This document shows positions 41,019 through 56,456 of a stretch of 64,000 nt of DNA, piece by piece; position 1 is the first letter of the stretch; each line of letters begins with the position of its first letter. The translations under genes were made by a program, and so were the position numbers. Where the stretch lies: the NCBI RefSeq assembly GCF_009914755.1, contig NC_060935.1, one strand, 5' to 3'. Below the pieces are notes generated by a model. It was not told the origin of the DNA. It ran no database searches and was given only the letters and a program-made list of their open reading frames with translations. This DNA is from the human T2T-CHM13v2.0 reference genome, Homo sapiens.

Positions 41019-44000
41019 TTGTTTCTTTTTTATTTGATCAATCTAGTAGAAAGTTTGTCACCTTTGTTTATTTTCTCAAAGAACCAACCTTCAGTTTTGT
41101 TGGTTTTCTCAAATTGTTTATTTATCATCTATTTTATTTATTTCCATTATAATGTTTATATTTCCTTCTTTCTTCTTGCTTTAGGTTTAATATGTTCTTG
41201 ATTTTCCATTATCTCAAAGTGGAAGGTGAAGTTATTGATTTGAGATTTTTCTCCTTTTTAAATATAGGCTTTTATAGCTATAATTTTTTTCTCTGAGTGC
41301 TGCTTTCACTGCATCTCATAAGTTCCGGTATGTTGTATTTTAATTTTCATGTATTTCTAAGTACTTTCTAATTTCCCTTGTGATTTCTTCTTTGACCCAT
41401 TGGTTGTTTAATAGTATGTTGTTTAATTTCCACATATTTGTAAGTTTTCTAGTTGTCTTTCTGGTATTGATTTCTGGCTTTATTCTATTGTGATCAGAAG
41501 AGATACTTGTACGACTTAAGTTGTTTTAAATTTGTTGAGACTTGTGTGGTGGCCTAACATATAGTCTATTCTGGGGAATGTTCCATGTTCACTTGAAAAG
41601 AATGTGTATTCTGCTCTTTTTGGGTATAGCATTCTATAGATATATGTTAGGTCTAGTTGGTTTACAGTATTGTTCAAGTCTTTTATTCTTTGTTGATCTC
41701 TCTGGTTGTTCTATCCATTACTGAAAGTGGGGTATTGAAATCTTTAACTATTATTGTTTCATTATTGACTTATCCCTTCATTTCTGTCAATTACTGCTTC
41801 ATACATTTTTGGGGCCCTGTGTTAGATTCACATATGTTTATAATTACATCTTCATGGTATATTGACTTTTTGTCATTATAAAATGTCCTTCTTTATTGCT
41901 AGTAGCATTTTTTATTTCAAAGTCTGTTTTGCCTGATAATAGTATAGCCATTCAAGCTTTCTTATGGTTGCTATTTGCATGATATATTTTTTCCATTCTT
42001 TTACTTTCAATCTATTTGTATCTTTGAACCTAAAATGTATCTGCTGTAGACAGCATATAGGTGGGTCTTGTTTTTTACAATCCAATCTGGCAGTCTTTGC
42101 CATTTGATTAGACGGTTTAATCTATTCACATTTAATGTTATTGATAAAGTTGAATTTATGCTTGCCATTTTACTTTTTGTTTTCTGTATAACTCATGTCT
42201 TTTTGGTTCCTCTATTCATCCTCACTGTTTTCTTTTGCATTAGTAAAAATTTTCTAATGTAACATTTTAATTTCTTTTATAATTGTTTAACTGTATTTTC
42301 CTAAGTGATTTCCTTAGTGGTTGATGTAGGGCTTGCCATATACATCTTAACTTATAAAAATCTGCTTAAGACTTATACTAAATTAATTCCAGTGAGATAT
42401 AGAAACATTACTCCTATATAACTCTATTTCTCTCCCCTTCCTTCTGTGTTATTATTGTTATACCTATTGTATCTATCTACATCTGAAGCCCCAAATTAAT
42501 TGTTATAATTATTATTTTATATAATTTAATGTCTTCTAAAGAAGCTGAGAAGAGAAAAGAGAAGATGTATATATTTGCAGCTTTTGTTATATTAAGTTTC
42601 TTAGTTGCCATTTCTGGTTCTGTTCTTTTGTTCCTGTGAATTTTAGTTACCATCTAGTGTCTTTTCTTTAGCCAAATACAGTTTTGCTCCCACCTACTTC
42701 CTTCATATTATTATTGACAAGTATATTTCTACATGTCATAGCCTTAACAATACAATTATACAATTATATGCACATTGTTTAATATAATTGATTTTCCATT
42801 TTTAAATTAAGAGAATAAAGAAGAAGAAATATGCATTTATACTGTCTTTTACATAATTACACTTACTACTGATGCTCTCTGGATTTTTGTGGGGGCTTGA
42901 ATTGCTATCTAAGCTCACTTGCTTTCAGCCTAAAGAACTTTCTTTAGTATCTCTGGTCAGGCAATCTGCAAGTAACAAATTCTCTCAGTTTTTGTTTCTC
43001 TGGGAATGTCTTTATTTCTCCTTCATTTTTGAAAGATAACTCTAGTGGATATAAGATTCTTGGTTGAGTCTTTTCTTTGAGAACTTTGAGTATGCTTTCC
43101 ACTGCCTTTTGGCCTAACTAGTTTATCTGGCTTCAAGTCTCGTTTCCCTCTAATTCAGTCACATTGCTAGGGGAGTGTTATTTTTATAACATTAATCTTA
43201 TTGAGTTTCTCCCTTATGGAAGGTATTTAACATGTCCCTCTTCTCTGCAGAATAAACACTGATCTCCCTAGAAAGGCGTTGACACTACATGATCTGTAAC
43301 CTGGTTTCCTTGGGCCATCGTTCTGATTTTAGTCTATATTCTAGTCATACTGAACTGTTTGAGGTTTTCCCCATGCTCACATGCTATTTTGTGCATCAGT
43401 AAATTTGCTTCAACTGCTTTCTCTGCCTGGAAGCCACCCACCCGCACCTCACCCTCTGTCTGGGAAACTCCTACACAACTCTCAAAGTGGAGCTCAGCCA
43501 TCACTTCCTCTAAGAATTATTTCCTGATAATTTTGCTAAGTTGGCCATTTCCTCTTTGTTTTGACCCACTGATCTTCATGAAGTCTTGTATCAGAGCACT
43601 TTTGGCACTTGGATTTCTGTTAGTTATTTATCTATATATTTACCCTCAACTGTAAGATCTGTTGAGGGCATTAATAACACCCAACATGAGCTGAATGCTT
43701 ATTATGTGACAGGCATTTCACATTTTTCCCTTTCAATGCCATAATTCTAGGAAGTGTATACTATTTCTACCCCCATTTTGCAGATGATGAAACAGACAGA
43801 AAGGTGATCCAAATTGCCAGATAATTGTTGGTAGAGTTAAGATTAACACTAGGACTTTTTACTTCTGCCCATTCTTAACCAGCAAACTCTACACCTTCTC
43901 TTGAATGTCACTAGTACACAGGCTGACACATAATATGTCTAATAAATGTAGGTTGAATGTGGTAGTTTAGTCATAAGTTTTTTAAAATTTAAAACATGAA

Positions 44001-47000
44001 AAAACAAGATTTTTGAACCCTATTTCATCTTATTTTTATTACTTATTATTTATTTATTTATGGTGACTATAAAATCCTCAAATAAAAACATCTATTTCTA
44101 GTATTTCTGAGGCATTCAGGAAGAAGAGAATGTGGAAGACGTATTCTACTTTGCAGCAATGATGCCCCGAGTCTGACTGTACAGAAAGAGTGATTCAGGG
44201 TAGAGGGGCAATATGATTGAAAAGGGGTAGGATCTGCAGATTTGCAAGTCACTTTGCATAAAATTCAGAAATCATTGACTATCTTGAAGAATTATGGAGG
44301 TGGTGACACCCCCTGCTGCCAGAAATCCCTTGATGTAGCCACTGCTCTGCTACTGGTAGGCAAGGAAGAATATGTAAAAGGAGAAATCAGCCATAGGTAG
44401 TGGAAATAATGTAAAAAATGAAAAACTGATGGAACCATTAGGGCCTGCTAGAAAGAGAATAGGAAGGAATAAAAGTAAGGGGAAGTGGTTCTAGTTGGCA
44501 AAGTTTAACCAATATGTCATTTGCTGATGTAGCATGTAACGGCATCAACATAGTAGAGCCTCCTATTTGGATTTGACATTGTGGTCCTCTGTGCGCTGCT
44601 CCCCTATAAGTAACTACCACACAGAGACATGGGTCCTCCCTTTTAGAGCCTAATCCAACCTGGCCCCAAGCCAACCTTCAATCCTCTGTGGAGGAAGTTC
44701 CTCGGTCATTTCCTCATGGCATTTCATTCACTAAAACTGGGTCCAAACTCTGGGAGTTCTTGCAGAATTTCCAGAGACTTTTCTTCCCTTGGCACATTAC
44801 TTACGTCACAGACTGAACTAGCATGAGGAGCAAGGAAGAACTTGAGAAATGTCTAAGACAAATAAAACCTAACACACTTTCAGTGGATGTCAATGTAGTG
44901 AAATTCTTATTCCATAACTTGAGGCTTGGGACCTTCCATATTTTTGAGTATGGCCATGTGCTTACCTACAAAACTTCATTTATCTCCTTTGTCCTTTCTT
45001 CTCAGTTCCATCCTTCTACAGTAGGGACATAATGACTAAAGCTCCCCTGGCCACCTCGAGTCATGAGGCAACCACGAGAATGCAAGTATGTGTTAAGAAT
45101 AGCAGAGCAAAATGTTTAAGGGAACTTGGGTCCCTGTTGATCACCAGCCTGCCATACTGGCTCTAAACTGTCAGACTTTTTACACATATGAGAAAAACAA
45201 ACCCTCATGTGTTTAAGCCACAATTATTTTGGGGTCTCTGATACTAGTGGCTAAATTAAATTTCAAACCAATAGAAGGCTTCATATGACAATAAGATGTC
45301 ACACATATGAGGCCCTGTAAAGCACACTGTGCAGAATTCAGGGGTGTTTATGAATAGGGCCAGTACAATAGGTTTCTCTAAACTTTTGAGCTATAGGTGA
45401 GGGTTGTCTTACTCCTTGTTGCATACACCAGTGTATGTGTTGGAGTGCGTAAAGTAGAAGACTGCCATTGCTGAAGGGATTGTCTATGTTTTGCCAAAAG
45501 CAGCAATTTCAGTCCAATGTTAGGGGCCTTCAGTATTTAAAAAGGAAATTCCCTTTGACCAGATTTTTGACTGAATCGCCGCTCAGAGAAATATTGAGGT
45601 TTAAGCAATTTGTTATGCATCACAACTTGTTAAGAAATTATTTGTTAGTTACCATATAAGTTCTGTTGCTGAAGAATAACTCTTTTTGAGCACCTGCTCT
45701 ATGCAGACCTTGCTAGGTATCTGTGTCTGCATGCATTACATCACTTAATACCCTCTGTAACCTGAGAAGGTTAGAAGTGCCTACAATGGTTTCCTTCCTT
45801 AACCAGAAAAATGAGCTTGTTAACATTTTAGTTAATGCCCTAGACCAACTTTTCGGTGAATCTATTTATCTAGATTACAAAAGACTTCTCCTTAGTAGAC
45901 ACTCACAGAGGCCCAGTTGGAAAGGTACAGTACGATTTTCTCTGGGGGCAAAGAGCATCACTAAAATCAGAGAGCCTTGACCTCCCCATCCTAAAACTTA
46001 CAGAGAATTTTGAACCTCTGCCCACATCTCTTAACTTAGCTGTTAAGTTTCAATCCAGCCTGGCTGAAGGTATATGCTTTACTGCAGGTGCTGGTGGGTG
46101 GTAGATTAGACCAAAGATCAGGTGATAAATGGGCAAGAGAGACAATGGGAGAGTGGATAATTCCCCCATTGAGAATCACACTGTGAATACCCTTTAAAAC
46201 ATTAACTGAATAATCCTAACATAAACGCCCTCATACTCCAACAGACGTGCTTACACATGCATCTCTTGATTTTATTCTCTGAAAATTCACCAGGGGAATT
46301 GGATTTCTCAATACCTATCTTCCTGTATATCTGCTGTGTGACTACAGCCACCTTATCTTAAAGAAAGACTTTAGAGAATCATACTCTGTCTTGCAGATAT
46401 TAGGGCCTTAATAAGTGAATTCCTGTCATCATGTTTTAAAAAGGAAGGTCTGAGAGAAAAATAGCTGGCCTAGTGGCTTAAACACTGGTCTGGAAGTGAC
46501 AGCTCATGACACCGCATGACACTGAGCAATGCTTCCAGGGCTCTCAGTGGCCCAGAAGAGTCAGCAGAGTCCATATTTGTTTGCAATTCCTTCTTTATAA
46601 AAGAAATTTGCTTTCTTATGAAATATATTTATGTGCCTCACTTATATTATTTTCTCAACTCCAAATTGGGGAAGAAAATATGAATCAGATAGAATAAGAT
46701 GACAAATATTTGTTTTGAAATTTCTTTTATACCACAAAAATGATTATTTAAAATACGTGATAGAAAATAAAATGAAAGCTCTTGGAACAAAGTTGGGTGC
46801 TCTCCTGTTTTCTTCAAGACCCTTTCATGAGCCTAAGGTGTCTAGCATTGTCACCTGCTTAGAATCTGCTTTTGCTTTTCTCTTCGGATGTTTAGATAAA
46901 CAGGCAAAAAAGAGAAAACTGGGAACAGAGGAAAGCTGTGCAGAGGCAGAGGTGATCTTTGAAGGAGCTCCACTCATTCCTCAACATGAGTCAACTAAGG

Positions 47001-47450
47001 ATAGAAACTCAGTAGCTAAGATAAGGTGTGACCCTATGTGCAGTGATTGGATGACAGATGACATCTGATTCAGACTTGCTCATACGAAGCCCCTGAGGAC
47101 AGGAATTGAAATTATATGTTTTCCTTTGGATAAGAAGGATTTTCATATTCTAGGCTGGATAAAAGGACTAAGCAATAAGGCCTTTTCCTTCCAGCAGAAC
47201 TATCCTTCAAAGAGACCCATGGTCAGGACCATCTCCATTTTGCCCCAAATCATGGAGTATTGTGGGATGCATTTGATGCTCACAAAACAGCAAAGTCAGG
47301 CATTCTCAGTGGGTAGTTAGGGATTTGGTGATGCTGCATCTACGCTTTTAGGCCACTAGGTGTCCGGTTAATGAGTGCATTGAAAGATCAGGATGTGTCA
47401 AGTCCTACAGACCAAACAATGGGATTATTGAATGAAGGTTTCACTCATCA

Positions 47451-47798
<348 letters not shown>

Positions 47799-48745
47799 TT
47801 AAAGTTTACGAAAACTCTGCACCACTTGGTGATGCACTTCTCTCATAAAGATTTCTATGAAGGCTCTTAAATGGGGTTAGTTTATGGGATACTTGCCATG
47901 GCTATAACCCAACAAGAGATATAAGCTTCTAACTATTCAGTTCAGTAAAAGACTTCAAACTTCCCTGGAGGCAAAAGTCCCTAGTTATGCCTTAAGAAAG
48001 CAATAACATTGATAAAATTGTGTTTTACATTTAACATACTATGTCTTTCAAGATATCCTTCATTTATAATCTCATTTCACCTTCATAGATCTACGAGAGA
48101 GAATGGGCAAGTGACATGCAAATGTCATGATTTTTACTTAAATTGGCACTTGCTTTCTAACCTTATCCCTCAGTATCAAGAACATATAAGCTAAAACTGA
48201 TAGTTATCACCTACTGGATAACTTCCATTGGCTCGCCATTGTCACAACGCACCTTCAAGGTTTATATTGCTATAATCACTTTGCAGAGGAAGAAATGGAG
48301 CTCAGAGCCATTAGATAACTTTCCAAAGTCACTCAAATAGTAAAGGGCTAGAGCCAGAGATTGGTATATGTGTCCACCTCCTGAAGTCAAAGGCGTCCTC
48401 CTCTCCTGGCTGCTTCTGACCACAGCATAGAAGTAAGGGTATTGTTTACCTCCCACTGAGTTCCACACTGGCTTTTATTTATTAAAGGATGTCAGTAGAG
48501 TATACACTGTCACTCTGAGCAGAGGTCCTGTGTGGCAGGGACCATGTTTCTAGCTCCCTAGGCACTATCACCTAACACAGTGCCTTACTAGCCTAACAGG
48601 CTTGGTTCTCAGGGCCACTGCCATCATTTCCATTGTTACACAATGTCGGGTATAACAAATGTAGGGTGGCATTTCATACCCAACCTGAGGACAAAGAGCA
48701 ACTGAAATGTGCTCCATGATGACTGGAAAAATGCTGGCAGGGCTA

Positions 48746-49416
<671 letters not shown>

Positions 49417-51659
49417 CACCCTTGCCATGTTTTTAAGGAAAAACACAACTTTTTGGACCTTGGTAAACAGTTTCTACTCCCTTTTCATTGTCTTAGCATT
49501 TCTGTGATCCCCTCTCCTTCGTTTATTTAAGGATGTTCAAAATAATGAAAGAATATAGCAAAGTAATAGTATCAATTATTTACACATTTAAGCTATGCAC
49601 CCCCCCATTCCAAATATCACTTGATACAAATTTCTCTTTCCTTTTCTGATCTTTTAAAAGTTAAAATCTTACAAAGGTAACTATGATCCAGAAGGTGGAC
49701 ATTGTGAATAGTATGTAAATGAACCAGAAGTCTATGGTTGAGTCATGCTGATTAGACCCTGTAAAAATAGCGAAAACATTAATAATCATAAGTTATGGTG
49801 TTGCCTACATAATTGTGCGCTGGAAGCATTTACATCTTTGAGTCTGATGGCTAGTTAACAGAAAATCTAGTACACACATATTGATTTAAGGCTTAGCAAT
49901 TCATCTATCCATTTACCCAATATTATAGTCATAAAATTGTGGCAGTATACCCATGAGGGTACTGGATTGAAACTGACAATGTAATGTGCTCTATTTTATA
50001 GTTTGAAGATGAAAATCATTTTTTATAAAACACGAATAATTTACTTGTCTTCTTAGGAGCCCAGAATTACTTCACAGGATTATTTGGGGACTGGGAAACT
50101 GTAATAAAATTTTGACATTGAACTTTCCTAGTGGCTAATTTAGGAATTCTCCAAATTTTATGTAGAGTTTTCCTATTCAGTTAATCTAACAAATATTTAT
50201 GGAGCACCTATCATCAGGCACTGTGGTGGACATCAAGGATGAAACACTGAAGAAGATGTCGGCCCTGCCCTCAATATGTTTACAATCTAATAGTAGAGAC
50301 TGATTAGTAACGATCAGAGTGATTGGTGCTACGAAGAGTTAAGTTCAGGATACTCTGAGAACACACAAGAAGTATATCCCATTGCATTTAGGGGCTTAAT
50401 AAAGGTATCCCTAATGAGGCAACTTAAGCTGATGATAAAATCCAAAAAAGGAATGTATTGGGAAAAGATAAATATTTCCTCATGTTTCGTAAGAGGCATC
50501 ATGGTGCAGAAGGAAAAACACATTGTGTTTGAGAAGATGTGGGCTAGAGTTTTAACTCCACTGCTGACCAGCCTCTCCAAGCCTCAGTTTAATCAGCTTA
50601 CATGGCAAAAATAATTTCCTGGCCAATATCATGAGACCATTATAAGGATAAAATGAGATAATGAATATGAAAGTGTATTATAAACTGTAAGGTGCCATAT
50701 GGATAGATACTGTTAGTTTGAAAAGGTATTATTTGCTTAGGCCTTAATTTCCTGGTAATTGGGCACCCTCCATAGACAATACACAAGCCCCAAACATCAC
50801 AGCCTTATCTAAAGCGTATGTTTTAACTGATGAAAAACTGAGATCCAGAAGGGCTGCTGGCCCAAAGGTCACTGGTGGTGAGGGGCAGAGACGGCCCAGC
50901 TCAGGCTCTAGCTGCCTTGAGGTTAGTCACATGTCCGATCTCACCTACTTGCTCATGCTCAGTCTCGTGACCTCTGGTTTTTTCTTTGTTTGTACTTTGA
51001 CCCTTTGTCCAATCAGACCTGGGCTTTTCTGAAGGCCAGAGGGACTGCTTCCCTTTTCCCTTTTCTCTCCACCACCTCGTAATGAATACAGTTTTGGGTA
51101 TCCAGAATCCCGCAACTACTTCTTGGATTAATTGGGAACCTGGGATGAAACCTGAAGAGCAAGTGTGTTCCAATTAATGCAATTCAATACATAGCTCTGA
51201 AATGTTTTCTCTTATAAGTTGCTGTGCTAAGACACAAAGTGTGCATTTAAGAATATTATAATGATGAGGCCATGTGGGGAAAGTGGGGAGGTAGAGGAGC
51301 AGATATGTCTTCCCAAAACTAGGCTCTGTCTGAATGATGTCTCTGATGAGGTGTAGTAGACTTCCAGCTGCTTTCTCTTTGATCACTCTAAAGCCAGATG
51401 CATTTTCTTGCATTTCTCACTTAAAAATCAACAAGCAACTCTAGGCAAAGCTAAGTCCTACTTTTTAGTTGAAGTTTTGGGACAGTGATATCTTGAATGA
51501 CTCAACATGAGAAGTAGTAAAGGGTAGTAGTTACGAGCTCAGGCAAAGGAAAACTGTACTCTTGAAACTTTTCACAAGTGGTAGACTCTCAAATTCCTTA
51601 CTAAAGAAATATTGATGTAGGATATCGTGAGGACTAAATTGAAGTAGTCATTGTAAATC

Positions 51660-51861
51660 AAGTGTGATTTTGCACCCTGGGGGACGTTAGGCAATATCTG
51701 GTGACAATTTTGGTTGTCACAGGTGGGGATGAGCAGTGCTATTGGAGTCTAATGAGTACAGCCAGGGATGCCACTAAACATCCTAATGCAAAAGACAGCT
51801 CAACACAACTAAGACTTATCTGGCTCAAGATACCAGTAGTGTCAATGTTAAGAAACCCTGC
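51660..51861 (+). mobile_element. MER20 hAT-Charlie DNA transposon
   Basis: GATTTTGC.CCC..GGGGAC..TGGCAAT.TCTGG.GACA.TTTTGGTTGTCAC...AGAAACCCTG. Confidence 0.85.
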
Positions 51862-51948
51862 TTTAAACACCACTATGATGTAGTGTAATGTATATAATGT
51901 GCACATAGGATAGAAATAAATGCTATCCATCACTTATATAAATTATGA

Positions 51949-52284
<336 letters not shown>

Positions 52285-53145
52285 TAGTCATGAAAAATTT
52301 CAGTAAACTAATGAAAAAAATGATGTCTTGTGGCAATAAAACAGTAACATACTCAGACAATTTGCATCCTTAGACCTATAGATTGTAGTAATAAGTGAAG
52401 TAAAACTCACAAAAACAATGATAGCAAGTAACTTCCTTATACATCTGTGAATGGATTTAAAATATAAACAAAAAAATCTATAAGCCTCTTGGAAAAGAAC
52501 AGCTGCAGGATGTATTGGAATGAAAATAAACAGATTATATCACTAGTCTATAATTTGATCTTTGATAAGGAAGGCAAAACAATGGAGTTTATTGATATTT
52601 TAGATCTGCTGATTAGATATTTAGCTGCACTGTTTATCTTCATGTACCCACTATCTTATGCTATGCTGGCACATAGTCAGGGTTCAATACACATTTGTTG
52701 GCTAAATGAACGGGTGCCAGAGAGATGATTGGAACTTACTTGATCAACAAGTTTCATATTCTTTAAAATTTTCATTCACTTTTACCAAAGAACAGTAACT
52801 AACTCATCAAATTTGAGATTTGGTCTCTGATAACTTTCACCTGGCCTCTTGCAGCTCTTTGCTAGTTCCTTGAATTCCTCCTCCAGCATCATGTATTATT
52901 CATCTTTTTATCCTTGGGCTTAGCATGCTGCCTGGTGCATCCAGGGACTTGATGCATGTTGTTGAGCCTTAAAGGTCTTCTTTTGTTTTACCCAGTCATC
53001 ATTCTCCACCTACCTAAGCTGACCCCATCAGACTTTCATTTTCAGGAGATGCCTTCACCCTTTATTTGCTGGACAATCAAGGCAACTCAGCACAAGCTGA
53101 ATGAGTGGCCCAATTTTCATCGTCTTTAGTCTCACACTCTCTTAG

Positions 53146-53507
<362 letters not shown>

Positions 53508-54666
53508 TCTATCTTTTTGATTCTCTGTTTAATTACTGCTCACTCCCCTGAGATCAGGTGATGTGGTGCAGTGAACAGAACAAGAAATGCTTGAAACCTT
53601 GTTTTATAACTGGCTGTGTGACCTCGTGTGAGTCATTCAATTTTTCTGAGACTCAATTTCCTACTGTCAAATAAGAGTGAGAATAATATCTGCACAAACA
53701 CTTAAAAGGATCAATTGAAATAATGCATATGAAAGTGTTTTATAAATTCAGGACTATTCTTATTTGTAGACACTTTAAAAAGACATGTTTTTACTCCACA
53801 AATTTATTAATAGATGATATGCAGAATATAAACTTAGAGTTTATCAATATAGCCAAGTTTCCTTCTTAGTTTGCTTCACTGGAAACTTTGAAGTACAAAC
53901 TGTCATGTCATTGGCTGAGAAGCCATTCATTCTATGGGACTCATTAACCAGGGCTGCTTAGTTCATGATGAGTCAGAAGCCAAGAAATCAACCATGAATC
54001 ATCCACCTCACTGAACCCAAGAAAAATATAGTTCATACAACTAAAAACCCATCTGTAGCCAGTGCTGTGGATTAATGATAGTCAAAGCTGTGCATAGTGC
54101 CCTTAAATTAAGAATGTTTGTACCCATCTGAAGAGCCCGTGAAAATCCATATTCATAAGCCATAACCTGTGAACATGTAAAGGGCCCCTCCTCTCTCAGA
54201 ATCAGGTGGTTCAGAAGAAATGACAATGAGTCAGGGATGTTACTTCACCTCTGCTTCTTTATCTGAATTCTTAATAGATCACAGAGAACCGCTCTAAGTA
54301 AACACAATGCCATTTGTTGGCTTTCAGGGAAGTAATCTTACAGCCAGAAAAGGCACATTCCCAGGGAGAATGCGAAGGAGGAAGACTTCCTCCTGTTCCA
54401 TGGTGGGCTTACCTCAAGCCCATGGCATCCTGGGAATTCCCAATTTCAAATCTACTCTCCAGAAATAGTGGTTACTGTTATTGTTTTCCTTCCTGTAGCA
54501 TCTTGTATTTCTTTTTCTCCACTGTCTTCAAACATGAACAGTTCCCTCTTTGAAATCCTGTCTTGGCCCTGCTGCCACTGCCAACTATTATCTTAACTTC
54601 TTTTGTTATTAACAAGCTTCTCAAATGAATGATCTATCTCAACTCTTTTGTTTCCCCCCATTTGCT

Positions 54667-54974
<308 letters not shown>

Positions 54975-55280
54975 CCATTTGCTCTTTAACCCCTTTCCAT
55001 GATCTGGCTTTCTTCCTCACTGCTCTGCTGTGACTATATTCCAAACTATCCTGGCCACTCAGTCCCTTTTCTTCAGTCCTCAGTCTGGTGACCTTGGCAA
55101 CATTTTCCACTGTTGATCACTTAAAAAAAATACACCCTTTTTTCCCAGATTTATTTGGGATTTCACCACAGGGGTTTTGTCTCTGATGTCAAACAGAACT
55201 AAGTTATAATTCCAGCTGAGGACAATGACAGTATGGATTAAATGAGTGAATATCTGTAAAATTCTTAGCACAACACATAG

Positions 55281-55623
<343 letters not shown>

Positions 55624-56033
55624 TCGGCTATTCTTATCGTTATTATTTTCGGAGTGCTGAATCTCTCTGGTTGTTATTAAATCCTTTTCTTCTATTTCCT
55701 AGGCTCATTCTTTAGACTTTTTTTCTTTCTCCTCATTCTCTCTACAGAGCTGTTTTTCATCTCCACATCTTTAAATGTCTCCTTTATGTGGGAGATTCAA
55801 AACCCACGAAGCCTCCAACTGTGACCTCTTCCCTGAGCACTAGCTTATTTCTATGAAACTCCGTGAAAATTGTCATTGCTTTAAATCTGATACATCTAAC
55901 CCTGTTTTACATCGTGTTCCCAACAAATCCTCTGAATTTTTCTAAGTGAACAATGCTGTATATTATACTCTCAGCCATGAGGCTTCTACCTGCTTTAACT
56001 TTCCCTTTTCCATTGTTCTTCTCACCAAATTAG

Positions 56034-56456
<423 letters not shown>

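Larger units (their letters stand above)
37490..43115 (-). mobile_element. Long degraded L1M (L1MB-like) covering ORF2 remnants and 3' end, same orientation as MMP20
   Basis: Minus-strand peptides match L1 ORF2p (KKQDPPICCLQ..HFRFKDTNRLKVKEW; MDKFL..QEEI..LN; DLNSHFSNKDIQMANKHMKRCSTS). Many stops and frameshifts. Confidence 0.9.

Noticed and set aside
38194-42103. L1 ORF2-like peptides as an active retrotransposon
   Set aside because: Fragmented by stops, frameshifts and nested insertions.
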